Below, piece by piece: positions 20,046 through 29,753 of a DNA stretch of 64,000 nt (its first letter is position 1; each line of letters starts with the position of its first letter). Source of the stretch: Candidatus Nomurabacteria bacterium (GTDB lineage: Bacteria; Patescibacteriota; Minisyncoccia; Phycocordibacterales; UBA918); assembly GCA_020632035.1 (NCBI GenBank), contig JACKGG010000001.1:221483-285482 (forward strand). The letters are read 5' to 3'. Below the pieces are notes generated by a model. That model worked only from the letters and a program-made list of their open reading frames with translations. It made no database searches and was not told the origin of the DNA. The position numbers and the translations under genes were made by a program.

Positions 20046-21125
20046 ATGGCAGGAAAAGCAAAAAAGACTACTAAAGCAGCACCAGTCGAAAAGGCTGACA
20101 AAGATATTGGTAAAGAAGCTAGTCAGATAAGCGAGACCATTAGAAGTATCAAAACCAAGTTTGGTGATGATTCAATCATGACCTTGTCTGAAACCAAAAA
20201 GGTTGACGTAGAGGCTGTCTCTACTGGATCTATCGGCCTAGACGATGCCCTTGGTATCGGTGGCTACCCGCGAGGTAGAATCCTTGAAATCTACGGACCA
20301 GAGTCTTCAGGTAAGACCACTCTCGCCCTTCATGCCATTGCTGAGGCGCAAAAGCTTGGTGGTATCTGTGCTTTTATCGATGCGGAGCACGCCATGGACC
20401 CAGTTTACGCAGAAGCATTAGGGGTAAAACTAGATGAATTACTCATCTCTCAGCCAGACAACGGCGAACAGGCTCTAGAAATTGTTGAATCTTTAGTCCG
20501 TTCTGGCAAGCTAGATGTGGTTGTTATCGATTCAGTTGCCGCCCTTACCCCTAGAGACGAAATCGAAGGTGAAATGGGAGCACACCACGTTGGGAAACAA
20601 GCTCGTCTTATGAGTCAAGCTTTAAGAAAGCTAACTGGAATTGTCTCTAAAAGTAAGACGGTGGTTATTTTCATTAACCAGATCCGCATGCAGATTGGAG
20701 TGATGTTTGGTAACCCTGAGACTACCCCAGGTGGAAAGGCGCTCAAGTTCTACACCTCTGTCCGATTAGACATCCGACGGATTGCCCAGATTAAAAAGGG
20801 TGACGAAGTAGTAGGCGGGCGCCACCGAGTCAAGGTGGTGAAGAACAAAGTCGCTTCCCCTTTCCGCACCACTGAGTTCGACCTTATTTATGGAGAAGGA
20901 ATCAGCCGTGAAGGTGAACTTTTAGCGCTTGGCGAAAAGTATAAAATGGTTACTAAGTCTGGTTCTTCATACTCATACACCCCACCGGGAGGCGACGAAT
21001 CAACAGTTGTAAAGCTTGGTCGTGGCTACGATGCCGCTCGTAAGACCTTGCAAGCAGACAAGAAACTAATGGCCGAACTGCTGAAGAATATTAGGAAGTC
21101 TATGAAGGAAGAGGCTGCGAAGTAA
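20046..21125 (+). CDS. recA: Recombinase RecA
   Basis: '[13 protein letters not shown]...' Walker A plus full-length colinearity with RecA. Confidence 0.95.
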   Translation: MAGKAKKTTKAAPVEKADKDIGKEASQISETIRSIKTKFGDDSIMTLSETKKVDVEAVSTGSIGLDDALGIGGYPRGRILEIYGPESSGKTTLALHAIAEAQKLGGICAFIDAEHAMDPVYAEALGVKLDELLISQPDNGEQALEIVESLVRSGKLDVVVIDSVAALTPRDEIEGEMGAHHVGKQARLMSQALRKLTGIVSKSKTVVIFINQIRMQIGVMFGNPETTPGGKALKFYTSVRLDIRRIAQIKKGDEVVGGRHRVKVVKNKVASPFRTTEFDLIYGEGISREGELLALGEKYKMVTKSGSSYSYTPPGGDESTVVKLGRGYDAARKTLQADKKLMAELLKNIRKSMKEEAAK

Positions 21126-21280
21126 CAACTCCAGGAACCACATTTACAATAGTGTCTTAGTAAAATGACTTTATTGAGCTCATATGGATGTTACGAAAGA
21201 ATTTCGTCTAGAAATTCTGAGTATAGGGCTCGACCCGCGTCCAGATGAGTTTAGTGAGGTCATTTACAGAAGAATATTAT

Positions 21281-21317
21281 TGTCACAAAAGGCCGGCGCG
21301 CGCTGGCCTTTTGTGAC
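21281..21317. terminator. Bidirectional terminator gtcacaaaaggccggcgcgcgctggccttttgtgac
   Basis: Near-perfect palindrome between recA (+) and the minus-strand membrane-protein gene. Confidence 0.6.
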
Positions 21318-21333
21318 CCAAAATATTTAATTA

Positions 21334-21675
21334 TTATACTCGCGACAAGTGTAATAATCTTGGAGCAATTTCATGCATCAGCCTGTATCCTACTGAAATT
21401 GCTACTCCTCCAGCCAACACTAGGGTCATTGCGGTAAGCAATTCTCCATGTGATACGGCCCCAAAGAAGGAGTGATAAAGATAGCCCGGTACATTCCCCA
21501 CTGGTACCGATAAAAAGTTATGAATTATACTTTCGACATGAAGCCATTTAGCCAGCAAAAGAGTCGCGACACTCAAAAACACTCCCTGCCAAAACATGGC
21601 GTGGGTAAAAATACTAAGAGCATAGGTGTAATATACTCGACGCATTATGTTTGATTGTAAACTGTTTGACTTCAT
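21334..21675 (-). CDS. Small membrane protein (possible anti-sigma partner of the upstream ECF sigma factor)
   Basis: 113 aa with 3 TM segments, in the same orientation as and downstream of the ECF sigma gene. The functional link is inferred only. Confidence 0.3.
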   Translation of the reverse strand: MKSNSLQSNIMRRVYYTYALSIFTHAMFWQGVFLSVATLLLAKWLHVESIIHNFLSVPVGNVPGYLYHSFFGAVSHGELLTAMTLVLAGGVAISVGYRLMHEIAPRLLHLSRV

Positions 21676-21719
21676 ACTTATCTTATACTCTGCTACTGCA
21701 AAAAAAGTTGCATTGAAAT

Positions 21720-21967
21720 AATACGGTGGAATATTTTGACATAAAAAGCCCCCGCCGAAACGAGGGGTTCACGGAATCCGGAATCCGTGGGCCTAGCTAG
21801 TATGGGTGCCAATCCATACTGCGCTTCGTCGATGGAGGTTCGACTAACCGTGCTCTTACTTGCCCCCAAAGGTACTCTATAGAATACCTGAGCAACTATT
21901 TGATACCCTACTCTTACTTTTTCGTCAAGACTAACTGTAATGACCTTAGCAATGTAAGGGCGACAAA
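21720..21967 (-). ncRNA. Candidate structured non-coding RNA or long 3' UTR downstream of the ECF sigma gene
   Basis: About 245 nt with no credible ORF. A GC-rich segment ends on the minus strand with a stem plus U-tract (..cccctcgtttcggcgggggcttttt). No RNA family was identified. Confidence 0.2.
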
Positions 21968-22561
21968 TCAATCCGCCAATAACTCTGACTCCTTGCCTTT
22001 GGCACGTTTGCGAAAAGCGGCCTTGGCCCGATGGATGCGGGCTTTTACCGCTCCTACCTGCTCCCCGGTTTCGTCGGCAATATCTTGGTGGCTCCAGCGC
22101 TCTAAGTAATGGAGCCTGAGGACGACGGCGAAATGACCTGGTAATTCAGCCAAGACTCTTTCGATGCCATCTTTCCTTTGATTGAGACCAGAGTGGAGAG
22201 TCCAGTCGCTGTAGTGTTGTTCATACTCTGGGTCCATTGAAGCAAATCTTTCGCTATTTTTAACCAACTTCTGGTAGCGAGTGAAAGCAGTATTAATCAG
22301 AATGCGGTAAGCCCACGAAGAAAACTTGGCGCCAGACTGCGGTTCATATTTGTCGGCATTAACATAGATCTTAGTGAAAGTGTCTTGCACTACCTCTTCA
22401 GCGTCTAGTGGATTGTGAACGATAGACCGAACCTTACGCATAAAAGGCGCTTCATAACGCTTTACCAAAATAGCAAAAAGCCAGGGTGAGTTTTGTGATT
22501 CAGCCAGAATCCTCTCATCCTCCCACTCTTCAGCATCGTCTGTAGCCGTAAAACCCAACAT
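21968..22561 (-). CDS. ECF-type RNA polymerase sigma factor (sigma-70 regions 2 and 4)
   Basis: '...FTKIYVNADKYEP...' matches region 2. 'LRLHYLERWSHQDIADETGEQVGAVKARIHRAKAAFRK' is a region 4 HTH. Confidence 0.8.
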   Translation of the reverse strand: MLGFTATDDAEEWEDERILAESQNSPWLFAILVKRYEAPFMRKVRSIVHNPLDAEEVVQDTFTKIYVNADKYEPQSGAKFSSWAYRILINTAFTRYQKLVKNSERFASMDPEYEQHYSDWTLHSGLNQRKDGIERVLAELPGHFAVVLRLHYLERWSHQDIADETGEQVGAVKARIHRAKAAFRKRAKGKESELLAD

Positions 22562-22604
22562 ATGTTAGTATCTTGCCACTCTAACATAACCAGAAAAAAT
22601 TAGC

Positions 22605-23180
22605 ATGGCGATCCTATCATATAATGAAATAACCCTTAAAAAAGTCATCTTGCATGATGGCGAGCCTTGTTTGGTGGTGGCTTCTCACGTGTTTAGAAAG
22701 CAACAACGAAAGCCTGTCAACATTACTAAGCTCAAGAGCTTAAAGTCTGGCCGAGCGCTTGAGGTCACCTTTCATCAGAATGAAACTGTGCAAGAAGCTG
22801 ACCTAGAGACCAAGACAGTAACTTTTATATTCAAGAAACCAGGAGAGTTTTGGTTCCACAATATTGGCAAGCCAGCGGAGCGCTTTTCACTCAGCGAAGA
22901 TTTGGTTGGTGACCAAGGAAAGTTTCTTAAAGAACGGTCTGATATAGACGTACTGGTTTTTGATGAGGAAGTGATTGGTATCAAGTACCCGATTAAAGTT
23001 GAGCTCAAGGTAAAAGAAGCGATGGACGCCGTTAAAGGCAATACTTCAAGTGGTGCTCAGAAGGAAGTTACTTTAGAAACCGGAGCAGTAATTATGGCCC
23101 CGATGTTTATCAATGCTGGAGACATAATTAGTATCAACACCGAAACAGGCGCTTACTCAGAGCGGATTGAAAAGGCTTGA
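22605..23180 (+). CDS. efp: Elongation factor P (Arg-type loop KSGRA)
   Basis: Colinear with EF-P over three OB domains. The tip of the modified loop reads 'LKSGRALEV' where Lys-type EF-P has PGKGQA. Confidence 0.88.
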   Translation: MAILSYNEITLKKVILHDGEPCLVVASHVFRKQQRKPVNITKLKSLKSGRALEVTFHQNETVQEADLETKTVTFIFKKPGEFWFHNIGKPAERFSLSEDLVGDQGKFLKERSDIDVLVFDEEVIGIKYPIKVELKVKEAMDAVKGNTSSGAQKEVTLETGAVIMAPMFINAGDIISINTETGAYSERIEKA

Positions 23181-23188
23181 ATTTAAAA

Positions 23189-23222
23189 ACAAAAGGCCGG
23201 CGCGTAAGCGCCGGCCTTTTGT
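23189..23222. terminator. Terminator aaaaggccggcgcgtaagcgccggcctttt
   Basis: Perfect GC stem. An identical copy is at 23861..23893. Confidence 0.65.
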
Positions 23223-23348
23223 TTGGTCTACTAACTTTCTAGGCTTCAGGGTGACAGCTTCAGCTTTATGACCCTCGTCATTTTCTAGGAATGAAAATGA
23301 CTAACGGATCGGCCTAAAAATATACTAGCATTGCTAGTTATTTTTGGC

Positions 23349-23789
23349 CTAGAAAGGGATGTCCTCCGGATTGATCTCCTCTTCTGGGTAGTCAGGCACA
23401 GACGGTGCCTTGCTATCTTCAGCTGGGCCAGAATCATTGCTCGGTGCTCCCCCTCCGCCACTACCATTTTTTGGTCCAAATTGGACTCGGTCAGCCACAA
23501 TCTCAGTTCGGTATTGCTTCTGTCCATCCTTCTCCCAACTCCTGGTTTGAATTCGACCTTCAATATAAACGCCATTACCTTTAGATAGATACTTGGCACT
23601 ATTTTCTGCTTGGTTACCAAATACAACCACATTGTGATAGTCGACACTTTCCTGCTTCTTACCATCTCGGTCTTTGTATACGCGATTGGTCGCAATCGAC
23701 ATCGAACAGACATTCATACCGCTCGGTAGAGCCTTTAGTTCTGGATCTCGTGTAAGATTACCGTAAATCATTGCTTTGTTCAGATACAT
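23349..23789 (-). CDS. ssb: Single-stranded DNA-binding protein
   Basis: OB fold 'IYGNLTRDPEL...YHNVVVFG', a Gly-rich linker, and an acidic C-terminal tip '...EDIPF'. Confidence 0.9.
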   Translation of the reverse strand: MYLNKAMIYGNLTRDPELKALPSGMNVCSMSIATNRVYKDRDGKKQESVDYHNVVVFGNQAENSAKYLSKGNGVYIEGRIQTRSWEKDGQKQYRTEIVADRVQFGPKNGSGGGGAPSNDSGPAEDSKAPSVPDYPEEEINPEDIPF

Positions 23790-23860
23790 AATAGTTTATA
23801 CATTAGGTGTTATGCTCGCTATTATACCTTTTCTATAGCCACTGTCTAAATTCCGACACA

Positions 23861-23893
23861 GAAAAGGCCGGCGCGTAAGCGCCGGCCTTTTCC
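23861..23893. terminator. Terminator identical to the 23189 hairpin
   Basis: Separates rpsR from ssb on the minus strand. Confidence 0.6.
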
Positions 23894-23904
23894 TCCAACC
23901 TATT

Positions 23905-24111
23905 TTAATGCTGAATAAACGGCATCAGGGCCATAAATCGTGCTCGTTTGACAGCTCGGGCAAAGTTTCGCTGACCTTTAGCAGACTTGCCTGTTCGGCG
24001 ACGACTCATCATTCGAGCATGTGGGTTCACGTTGCTTCGAAGTCTAGTGATGTCCTTGTAGTCTACATGGTGCATCGGGGCGTTGATTGTTTGTTGTGTT
24101 TCTTTTTCCAT
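23905..24111 (-). CDS. rpsR: 30S ribosomal protein S18
   Basis: 'HVDYKDITRLRSNV...RRRTGKSAKGQRNFARAVKRARFMALMPF' is an S18 signature. Confidence 0.85.
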   Translation of the reverse strand: MEKETQQTINAPMHHVDYKDITRLRSNVNPHARMMSRRRTGKSAKGQRNFARAVKRARFMALMPFIQH

Positions 24112-24234
24112 TGAATGAGAAAATTAGCGTAGCTAATACTTTCGAATTTAGTTCCGAATTTGCTCGTTTCCTTGAGCAAATTCCTGGAACACTCGAACGT
24201 TAACTACAGTTTAATAAAATTTAACGTTCGAATG

Positions 24235-24741
24235 CTACTTTTTATCTTCTTCGTCTTCAGTATCTTCGACCACGTCGGTTTCAACTAAAACCTCTTCTGA
24301 ATCTTCTACTTCCTCCTCAACTTCTTCGTCAAGCTCTATTGTCTTAACCTTATCGCTGTCTGCTAATGCTTCATGGAACATGAAAGGATTTGCTTCTTCA
24401 GCTTTAGTAAGTTTGATTAGGATATGACGCAGGATTTGTTTATTACCCTCAACTGTCTTACCAATCTCATCTACCTCGGTAGGATTAACTGTGAATCGCA
24501 CCCAACCGAAATAAGCGCTAGAAAACTTTCGATTCCTACCCTCAAGATACTTGACGATTTCGTATGCAAGGTCAAAGCGGGCTGGCGCTTCTTCAAGAGT
24601 GGTTTCACCCCCATGTTTAACAATAAGATCTTTTAGTCCCTGAAAGACTGTAGCTACTTCCCCTTCAGCAACCGTTGGAAGAACGTGGAAAGCTAGTTCG
24701 TATGAACCGGCTTCGATTACTGGCATTTCTGTTTTAGACAT
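24235..24741 (-). CDS. rpsF: 30S ribosomal protein S6 with acidic C-terminal tail
   Basis: 'YELAFHVLP...ARFDLAYEIVKYLEG..SAYFGWVRF' is an S6 fold. The arrangement is the conserved rpsF/ssb/rpsR neighbourhood. Confidence 0.8.
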   Translation of the reverse strand: MSKTEMPVIEAGSYELAFHVLPTVAEGEVATVFQGLKDLIVKHGGETTLEEAPARFDLAYEIVKYLEGRNRKFSSAYFGWVRFTVNPTEVDEIGKTVEGNKQILRHILIKLTKAEEANPFMFHEALADSDKVKTIELDEEVEEEVEDSEEVLVETDVVEDTEDEEDKK

Positions 24742-24826
24742 GAATTGATGTCTTAACTAATAACGGCAGAACAGTACCATACATAACCTTTAGCTTCAAG
24801 GTGTAATCGCATGTTAGAATGACCTA

Positions 24827-25753
24827 ATGAAAATTCGAAGTGATGGAACTCTTTACACCATCGGTGCAGTCGCCGCCATCGGCATTATTGCCTCAAGCTA
24901 TTTGGCTGTACAAGGAATGAGCAAGAATTCTGAAATTGAATCCTTGCTTCAGGAAAGGAATGCTCTACTAAAGGAAATGAACAACAAAAGCGCCGAGCTG
25001 ACTACGGCCAGCACCACCATACTAGAACTGCGCACAGAGTTTGATGATCTTAAAGCAGACTTAGAAGACTTGGCCGATGACTACCGCGATGAAAAAGATA
25101 AAAATGACGAATTCGAAGATCAGATCCGTGGCCTCGCGGGTACTTTAGGCGACCTCGACAAACTAGCCAAAACCGATAAAGAACTACTAGCCAAGTACTC
25201 GAAGGTGTATTTCCTCAACGAAAACTACATTCCAACCAAACTCAAGAAAATAGACGACAAATATATTCAAGAGGGCAAAAATGACCAATACTTCCACGCG
25301 AGCGCAATCGACCACCTAGAAGACATGTTTAAAGCCGCAGCTCGCGATGACATAGATCTAAAGGTAGTTTCAGCCTATCGATCTTTCGACGAACAGACCA
25401 GTCTAAAAGGCCAATATACTCAGGTGTACGGTACTGGCGCAAACACTTTCTCGGCTGACCAGGGTTATTCAGAACACCAACTAGGTACCACAATAGACAT
25501 TACAGTTGAATCAGTGAGTGGAGCCTATGAAAGTTTTGCTCAAACCGAGGCTTATGCCTGGCTACAGAAAAACGCTTATAAGTACGGTTTTATACTCTCC
25601 TATCCTGAAGGAAATACTTTTTATGTATTCGAACCCTGGCACTGGCGCTTTGTAGGCACTGAGTTAGCCCGTGACCTGGACAGGAAGAACGACTCATTCT
25701 ACGATCTTGACCAAAGAGAACTAGACGAATACCTTCTAAATTTCTTTGATTAA
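24827..25753 (+). CDS. Membrane-anchored M15 D-Ala-D-Ala carboxypeptidase (VanY/LdcB-like) with coiled-coil linker
   Basis: Contains 'SAYRSFDEQ', 'SEHQLGTTIDI' and 'EPWHWRFVG' (M15 zinc ligands / catalytic motifs). Confidence 0.75.
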   Translation: MKIRSDGTLYTIGAVAAIGIIASSYLAVQGMSKNSEIESLLQERNALLKEMNNKSAELTTASTTILELRTEFDDLKADLEDLADDYRDEKDKNDEFEDQIRGLAGTLGDLDKLAKTDKELLAKYSKVYFLNENYIPTKLKKIDDKYIQEGKNDQYFHASAIDHLEDMFKAAARDDIDLKVVSAYRSFDEQTSLKGQYTQVYGTGANTFSADQGYSEHQLGTTIDITVESVSGAYESFAQTEAYAWLQKNAYKYGFILSYPEGNTFYVFEPWHWRFVGTELARDLDRKNDSFYDLDQRELDEYLLNFFD

Positions 25754-25755
25754 GG

Positions 25756-26733
25756 TTAGGAAATTTTTTCAAGCACTGAAGTATCAACTCCAATCTGAGA
25801 GATTATTTTAGCTGCTGTTTTAGAACCTAGCGCTCCAGCATCCTCATGCGTATACCTATGGGTAAGACCGTACAAAAATCCAGCGGCAAACAAATCTCCT
25901 GCTCCGGTTGTATCTACTACATTAGCCGGCTCAGCGGCGATTGTTGTTACTCCTTCTTCGTAAATAATGTGTGCCCCGTCTGCCCCGCACTTAAGAACCA
26001 CGATGTTTGCTATTCCTTTAAGTTTTTCAATCACCTCTAAAGGTTCAGTCGTTCCTGTGAAAGCCGCTCCCTCAGTTTCATTTACAAATAAGATGTCGAC
26101 ATCTTCCCGAACAATTTTTTTAAACAAATCAAGATTTCTTTCTATAAGCCCGGCGTCGTTTAAATCTAAAGAAACTAGTGTTTGATTATTCCTAGCCATT
26201 TTAATCACTGTTTCAATAATTTCTTTAGTTGGCCCTTCGAGCTGAAATGCTTCAAGATGAATTACTTTTGATTTACTAATGACCGCTTCATCTATAGCTT
26301 CTAGTCTCATATGTGAAGCGGCACCCAGGTGGACTGAGAAAGTCCGTTGGTGGTCTGGGGTAATGTATGTAATTGCATTTCCGGTCAAAACCGATTCTTT
26401 GTGCAAAAATGTCTGAACACCAGCCAGGCTAAGGGCTGTGTCGTACATTTCTCCATACATGTCTTCACCCACTGTCCCAAAAAAGGCTGACCTGCCTCCA
26501 AGCGCACTGACTCCCCTGGCAGTATTGGCAGATGCACCACCGGGAACAGTCTTAATATGAGTATCGACCAATTCTGCCAGTTGGACTTCAGATTGAGAAA
26601 CGTCTACTAGTTTCATTCCTCCCTTAGCTAAATTATGTTTTTCAACAAAAGAATCTTCCACCTCAACCAGAATATCCATCAGAGCATGACCAACTGAGGT
26701 GACGTCGATATCCTTGCTAGGTGAAAAATTCAT
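25756..26733 (-). CDS. PfkB-family carbohydrate/nucleoside kinase (probable adenosine kinase)
   Basis: 'DTTGAGDLFAAGFLYG' is PfkB signature 2. The gene lies directly downstream of ahcY. Confidence 0.75.
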   Translation of the reverse strand: MNFSPSKDIDVTSVGHALMDILVEVEDSFVEKHNLAKGGMKLVDVSQSEVQLAELVDTHIKTVPGGASANTARGVSALGGRSAFFGTVGEDMYGEMYDTALSLAGVQTFLHKESVLTGNAITYITPDHQRTFSVHLGAASHMRLEAIDEAVISKSKVIHLEAFQLEGPTKEIIETVIKMARNNQTLVSLDLNDAGLIERNLDLFKKIVREDVDILFVNETEGAAFTGTTEPLEVIEKLKGIANIVVLKCGADGAHIIYEEGVTTIAAEPANVVDTTGAGDLFAAGFLYGLTHRYTHEDAGALGSKTAAKIISQIGVDTSVLEKIS

Positions 26734-26738
26734 AGATC

Positions 26739-28133
26739 TTAATATCGGTAATGATCTGGTTTGTATGGACCCTCTTTTGGAATGTCTAAGTACTTGGCTT
26801 GTTCGTCGGTCAAGATCTCTAAATCTGCTCCGATCTTAGCTAAGTGTAAGCGGGCGACTTCTTCATCTAGTGATTTGGGCAATATATGAACTCCGATTTC
26901 GTAATCTTTCTGCCATAGGTCTAGTTGTGCCAGGGTTTGATTGGTGAAACTAGCGCTCATAACAAAACTCGGGTGGCCAGTACCGCAGCCTAGGTTAACC
27001 AAGCGTCCTTCTGCCAAAATATAGATTGTCCGTCCGTCATCGAAGGTGTATTTGTCGTATTGGGGTTTGATCTCGTCTTTCTTAGCTCCAGATTTAGTAT
27101 CAAGCCAAGCCATGTCTATTTCGTTATCAAAGTGTCCGATATTACAAACTATTGCCTGGTCTTTCATGGCCTTAAAGTGACGATCAACAATGATGTCTTT
27201 GTTTCCGGTGGTAGTAACAAAAATATCTCCTTCCGTAACCACATCGTCCATTCGCCGGACTTCAAACCCTTCCATTTTGGCCTGAAGAGCATTAATTGGG
27301 TCGATTTCGGTAACAATTATCCTGCAACCATATCCTTTTAGTGACTGGGCGGACCCTTTCCCCACATCACCATAACCAGCCACAATCGCAACCTTTCCAG
27401 CCAACATCACATCAGTCGCTCGCTTGATCCCGTCGACTAAGGACTCTCGGCAGCCATATAAGTTATCGAACTTAGACTTTGTTACTGAGTCATTCACGTT
27501 TATAACCGGGATGAGCAATTCTCCCTTGGCCATCATCTGATACATCCGGTGCACACCAGTGGTTGTTTCCTCAGACACTCCTCTCATTTCTTTTACAACA
27601 TTTTGCCAGTGAGATTTGTCCTCTACTTCCAAAAGTAAGGTGTTAATTAATTTTAGATCTTCATTTCCTTCGTCATTTTTCAAAATAGCGGGATCTTTTT
27701 CACCGGCTACTCCACGGTGAACAAACAGAGTCGCGTCGCCCCCATCGTCTACAATCAAATTAGGACCCTTTCCTCCACCAAAATTAAGAGCTTCTTTGGT
27801 ACACCACCAGTATTCTTCTAGCGTTTCACCTTTCCAGGCAAAAACAGGAATACCGGCGGCTGCTATTGCAGCCGCGGCATGATCTTGAGTTGAAAAAATA
27901 TTACATGAAGCCCAACGCACCTCAGCCCCTAGTTCAACTAAAGTTTCAATCAAAACTGCTGTCTGGACTGTCATGTGCAGCGAGCCTGTAATCCGCGCTC
28001 CATTGAGCGGTTTCTCACTCTTGTACTTTTCTCTTAGGGCCATCAGTCCTGGCATTTCTTCCTCGGCAATAGTAATCTCTTTTCTTCCCCAATCTGCTAA
28101 TGAAATATCTTTTATTTTGTAGTTTTCTGACAT
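26739..28133 (-). CDS. ahcY: Adenosylhomocysteinase
   Basis: Full-length colinearity with AhcY, including the NAD-binding '[10 protein letters not shown]' segment. Confidence 0.95.
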   Translation of the reverse strand: MSENYKIKDISLADWGRKEITIAEEEMPGLMALREKYKSEKPLNGARITGSLHMTVQTAVLIETLVELGAEVRWASCNIFSTQDHAAAAIAAAGIPVFAWKGETLEEYWWCTKEALNFGGGKGPNLIVDDGGDATLFVHRGVAGEKDPAILKNDEGNEDLKLINTLLLEVEDKSHWQNVVKEMRGVSEETTTGVHRMYQMMAKGELLIPVINVNDSVTKSKFDNLYGCRESLVDGIKRATDVMLAGKVAIVAGYGDVGKGSAQSLKGYGCRIIVTEIDPINALQAKMEGFEVRRMDDVVTEGDIFVTTTGNKDIIVDRHFKAMKDQAIVCNIGHFDNEIDMAWLDTKSGAKKDEIKPQYDKYTFDDGRTIYILAEGRLVNLGCGTGHPSFVMSASFTNQTLAQLDLWQKDYEIGVHILPKSLDEEVARLHLAKIGADLEILTDEQAKYLDIPKEGPYKPDHYRY

Positions 28134-28172
28134 AGTGCTGTCTATTGTCTCGTATTATTGAAGTATGTCAAT

Positions 28173-29027
28173 TCACAATATTTTATAGTGTCGTATAGCA
28201 TTTTTTACCAGCTGTTCTCTGACGACATCTTCATCCATTTCTTTTATCTCAGCGATCTTTTTATAAACTTCTTGGACCATCCAAGGCTCGCAACGCTTCC
28301 CCCGGTGCGGAATGGGAGCTACATAAGGACAATCGGTCTCTCCATGAATAAGCTCTAGTGGGGCGTTTCGAACCACTTCTTCGTAGTCTTTTGCGAAAGT
28401 AATCACTCCGGTAAAAGAGATGGTGCCACCGAGCTCAAAGAATTTTTCTGCTTCAGCAAAAGTGCCGGCATAAAAGTGCACATTGAAGGGAACTTTTGCA
28501 TATTGTTTGAGCGTATCGTAGACATCGGCATACACACTCCGGCCTGTCGGACTTTCTTTTCCGGGCTTCGGCCCTCTGGTATGTATCATCAATGGTAAAT
28601 TGAGTTCATTGGCCAACTCTATCTGTGCTATAAATGCTTCTTCTTGTACCGCATAACTATCTGACGCAGTATGCCAATAATCAAATCCGCACTCGCCAAT
28701 CCCGACCACTTTTTCACTCTTGGCCAACTCTCGATAAAAATCTTTATTGAAAACTTCCCCCTTGCTCTTGAAGGGTTCTCCTCCCTCTCCAATCTCAACT
28801 TCGTCATGCATCCCTGGAACAGTCTGGATTGGATGTAGACCAATTATTGAATACAGATGGCCGTACTGCCTAGATAGCTCCACAGCCTTTGCGCTAGTAG
28901 TTTCCTTGGTTCCAACATTAATCACCGCTACCCCTTCTTTCTTACACAACAAAGCCACCGCATCAACATCCTCCTTAAATGCAGAGAGGTTTAGGTGAGC
29001 ATGAGTATCGATGTATTTTATATTCAT
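28173..29027 (-). CDS. tatD: TatD-family metal-dependent hydrolase/DNase
   Basis: Has the 'IDTHAHLN' opening and conserved His/Asp/Glu ligands. Confidence 0.85.
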   Translation of the reverse strand: MNIKYIDTHAHLNLSAFKEDVDAVALLCKKEGVAVINVGTKETTSAKAVELSRQYGHLYSIIGLHPIQTVPGMHDEVEIGEGGEPFKSKGEVFNKDFYRELAKSEKVVGIGECGFDYWHTASDSYAVQEEAFIAQIELANELNLPLMIHTRGPKPGKESPTGRSVYADVYDTLKQYAKVPFNVHFYAGTFAEAEKFFELGGTISFTGVITFAKDYEEVVRNAPLELIHGETDCPYVAPIPHRGKRCEPWMVQEVYKKIAEIKEMDEDVVREQLVKNAIRHYKIL

Positions 29028-29752
29028 AAATTAATGCCGGTTGTTGGAGAATTTTTCGGAAACTTTTTATCTAAAGGATTATCAATCTCCCATTGTGGAT
29101 TCCCCTTAATCCACGCAGATATATCAGTCCAACGAAGTCCATGGTACCCAAATTGGCCATTCCATACATTTCCATATTCTCTGTTATTCTCAAGGCTAAA
29201 TTTATGACCCAATTCAGACGGAGCAAAACGTATACCCTTATTTTCTAGGTATTCTCTCATTACAACGCAAATTACCCAGTCTTCATTTTCAGCATACCTA
29301 TGATCTTTTTTGTTACCAAGTTGAATTTTATCATCGGACTGAAGAAGTGACATGAGTTTCTTGCTACGTATACTAAAACCTCCATTGCCAACCAACTGCT
29401 TACCCTCAACAAGAAGCGGTGCTCCAATAAAATCATAATCTAGAAACTCGTCAGTCCAAGCGTCTGGGTTAAGAATAAACCCATCGTACTCAGCTACCAT
29501 GACAAAATCGGTATCAAAATAATCATTCATTCTTTTTAAGTTGAATTGATTGTAGTCATGAAGTGAATTCACCTCATCAGTATGTATAATTTGAATCCCT
29601 GAGTCAGTAACAAATTCCTTGCTCAAATTCGTTATTATCTTTTTGGCTTTAAAATCAGCGTAACTTTCACAAATGGCAAAAGCTTTGAGTTGCCTATCTA
29701 GATCAACAGTATCTACACCGTATAAAGTTACATTTTGTAGATCTAGTTTCAT
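29024..29752 (-). CDS. DUF5672-like protein (glycosyltransferase-fold?)
   Basis: Opens with '..NVTLYGVDTVDLDRQLKAF..', which resembles the DUF5672 N-terminal pattern. Weak call. Confidence 0.35.
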   Translation of the reverse strand: MKLDLQNVTLYGVDTVDLDRQLKAFAICESYADFKAKKIITNLSKEFVTDSGIQIIHTDEVNSLHDYNQFNLKRMNDYFDTDFVMVAEYDGFILNPDAWTDEFLDYDFIGAPLLVEGKQLVGNGGFSIRSKKLMSLLQSDDKIQLGNKKDHRYAENEDWVICVVMREYLENKGIRFAPSELGHKFSLENNREYGNVWNGQFGYHGLRWTDISAWIKGNPQWEIDNPLDKKFPKNSPTTGINL

Positions 29753-29753
29753 A

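Noticed and set aside
21831-21850. T-loop-like 'ggaggttcgactaacc' suggesting a tRNA
   Set aside because: No complementary T-stem, acceptor stem or anticodon arm can be built around it.
23285-23713. 142-aa minus-strand ORF overlapping ssb
   Set aside because: It overlaps almost all of the SSB reading frame in another phase. SSB has clear OB-fold and DIPF-tail motifs, and the alternative does not.
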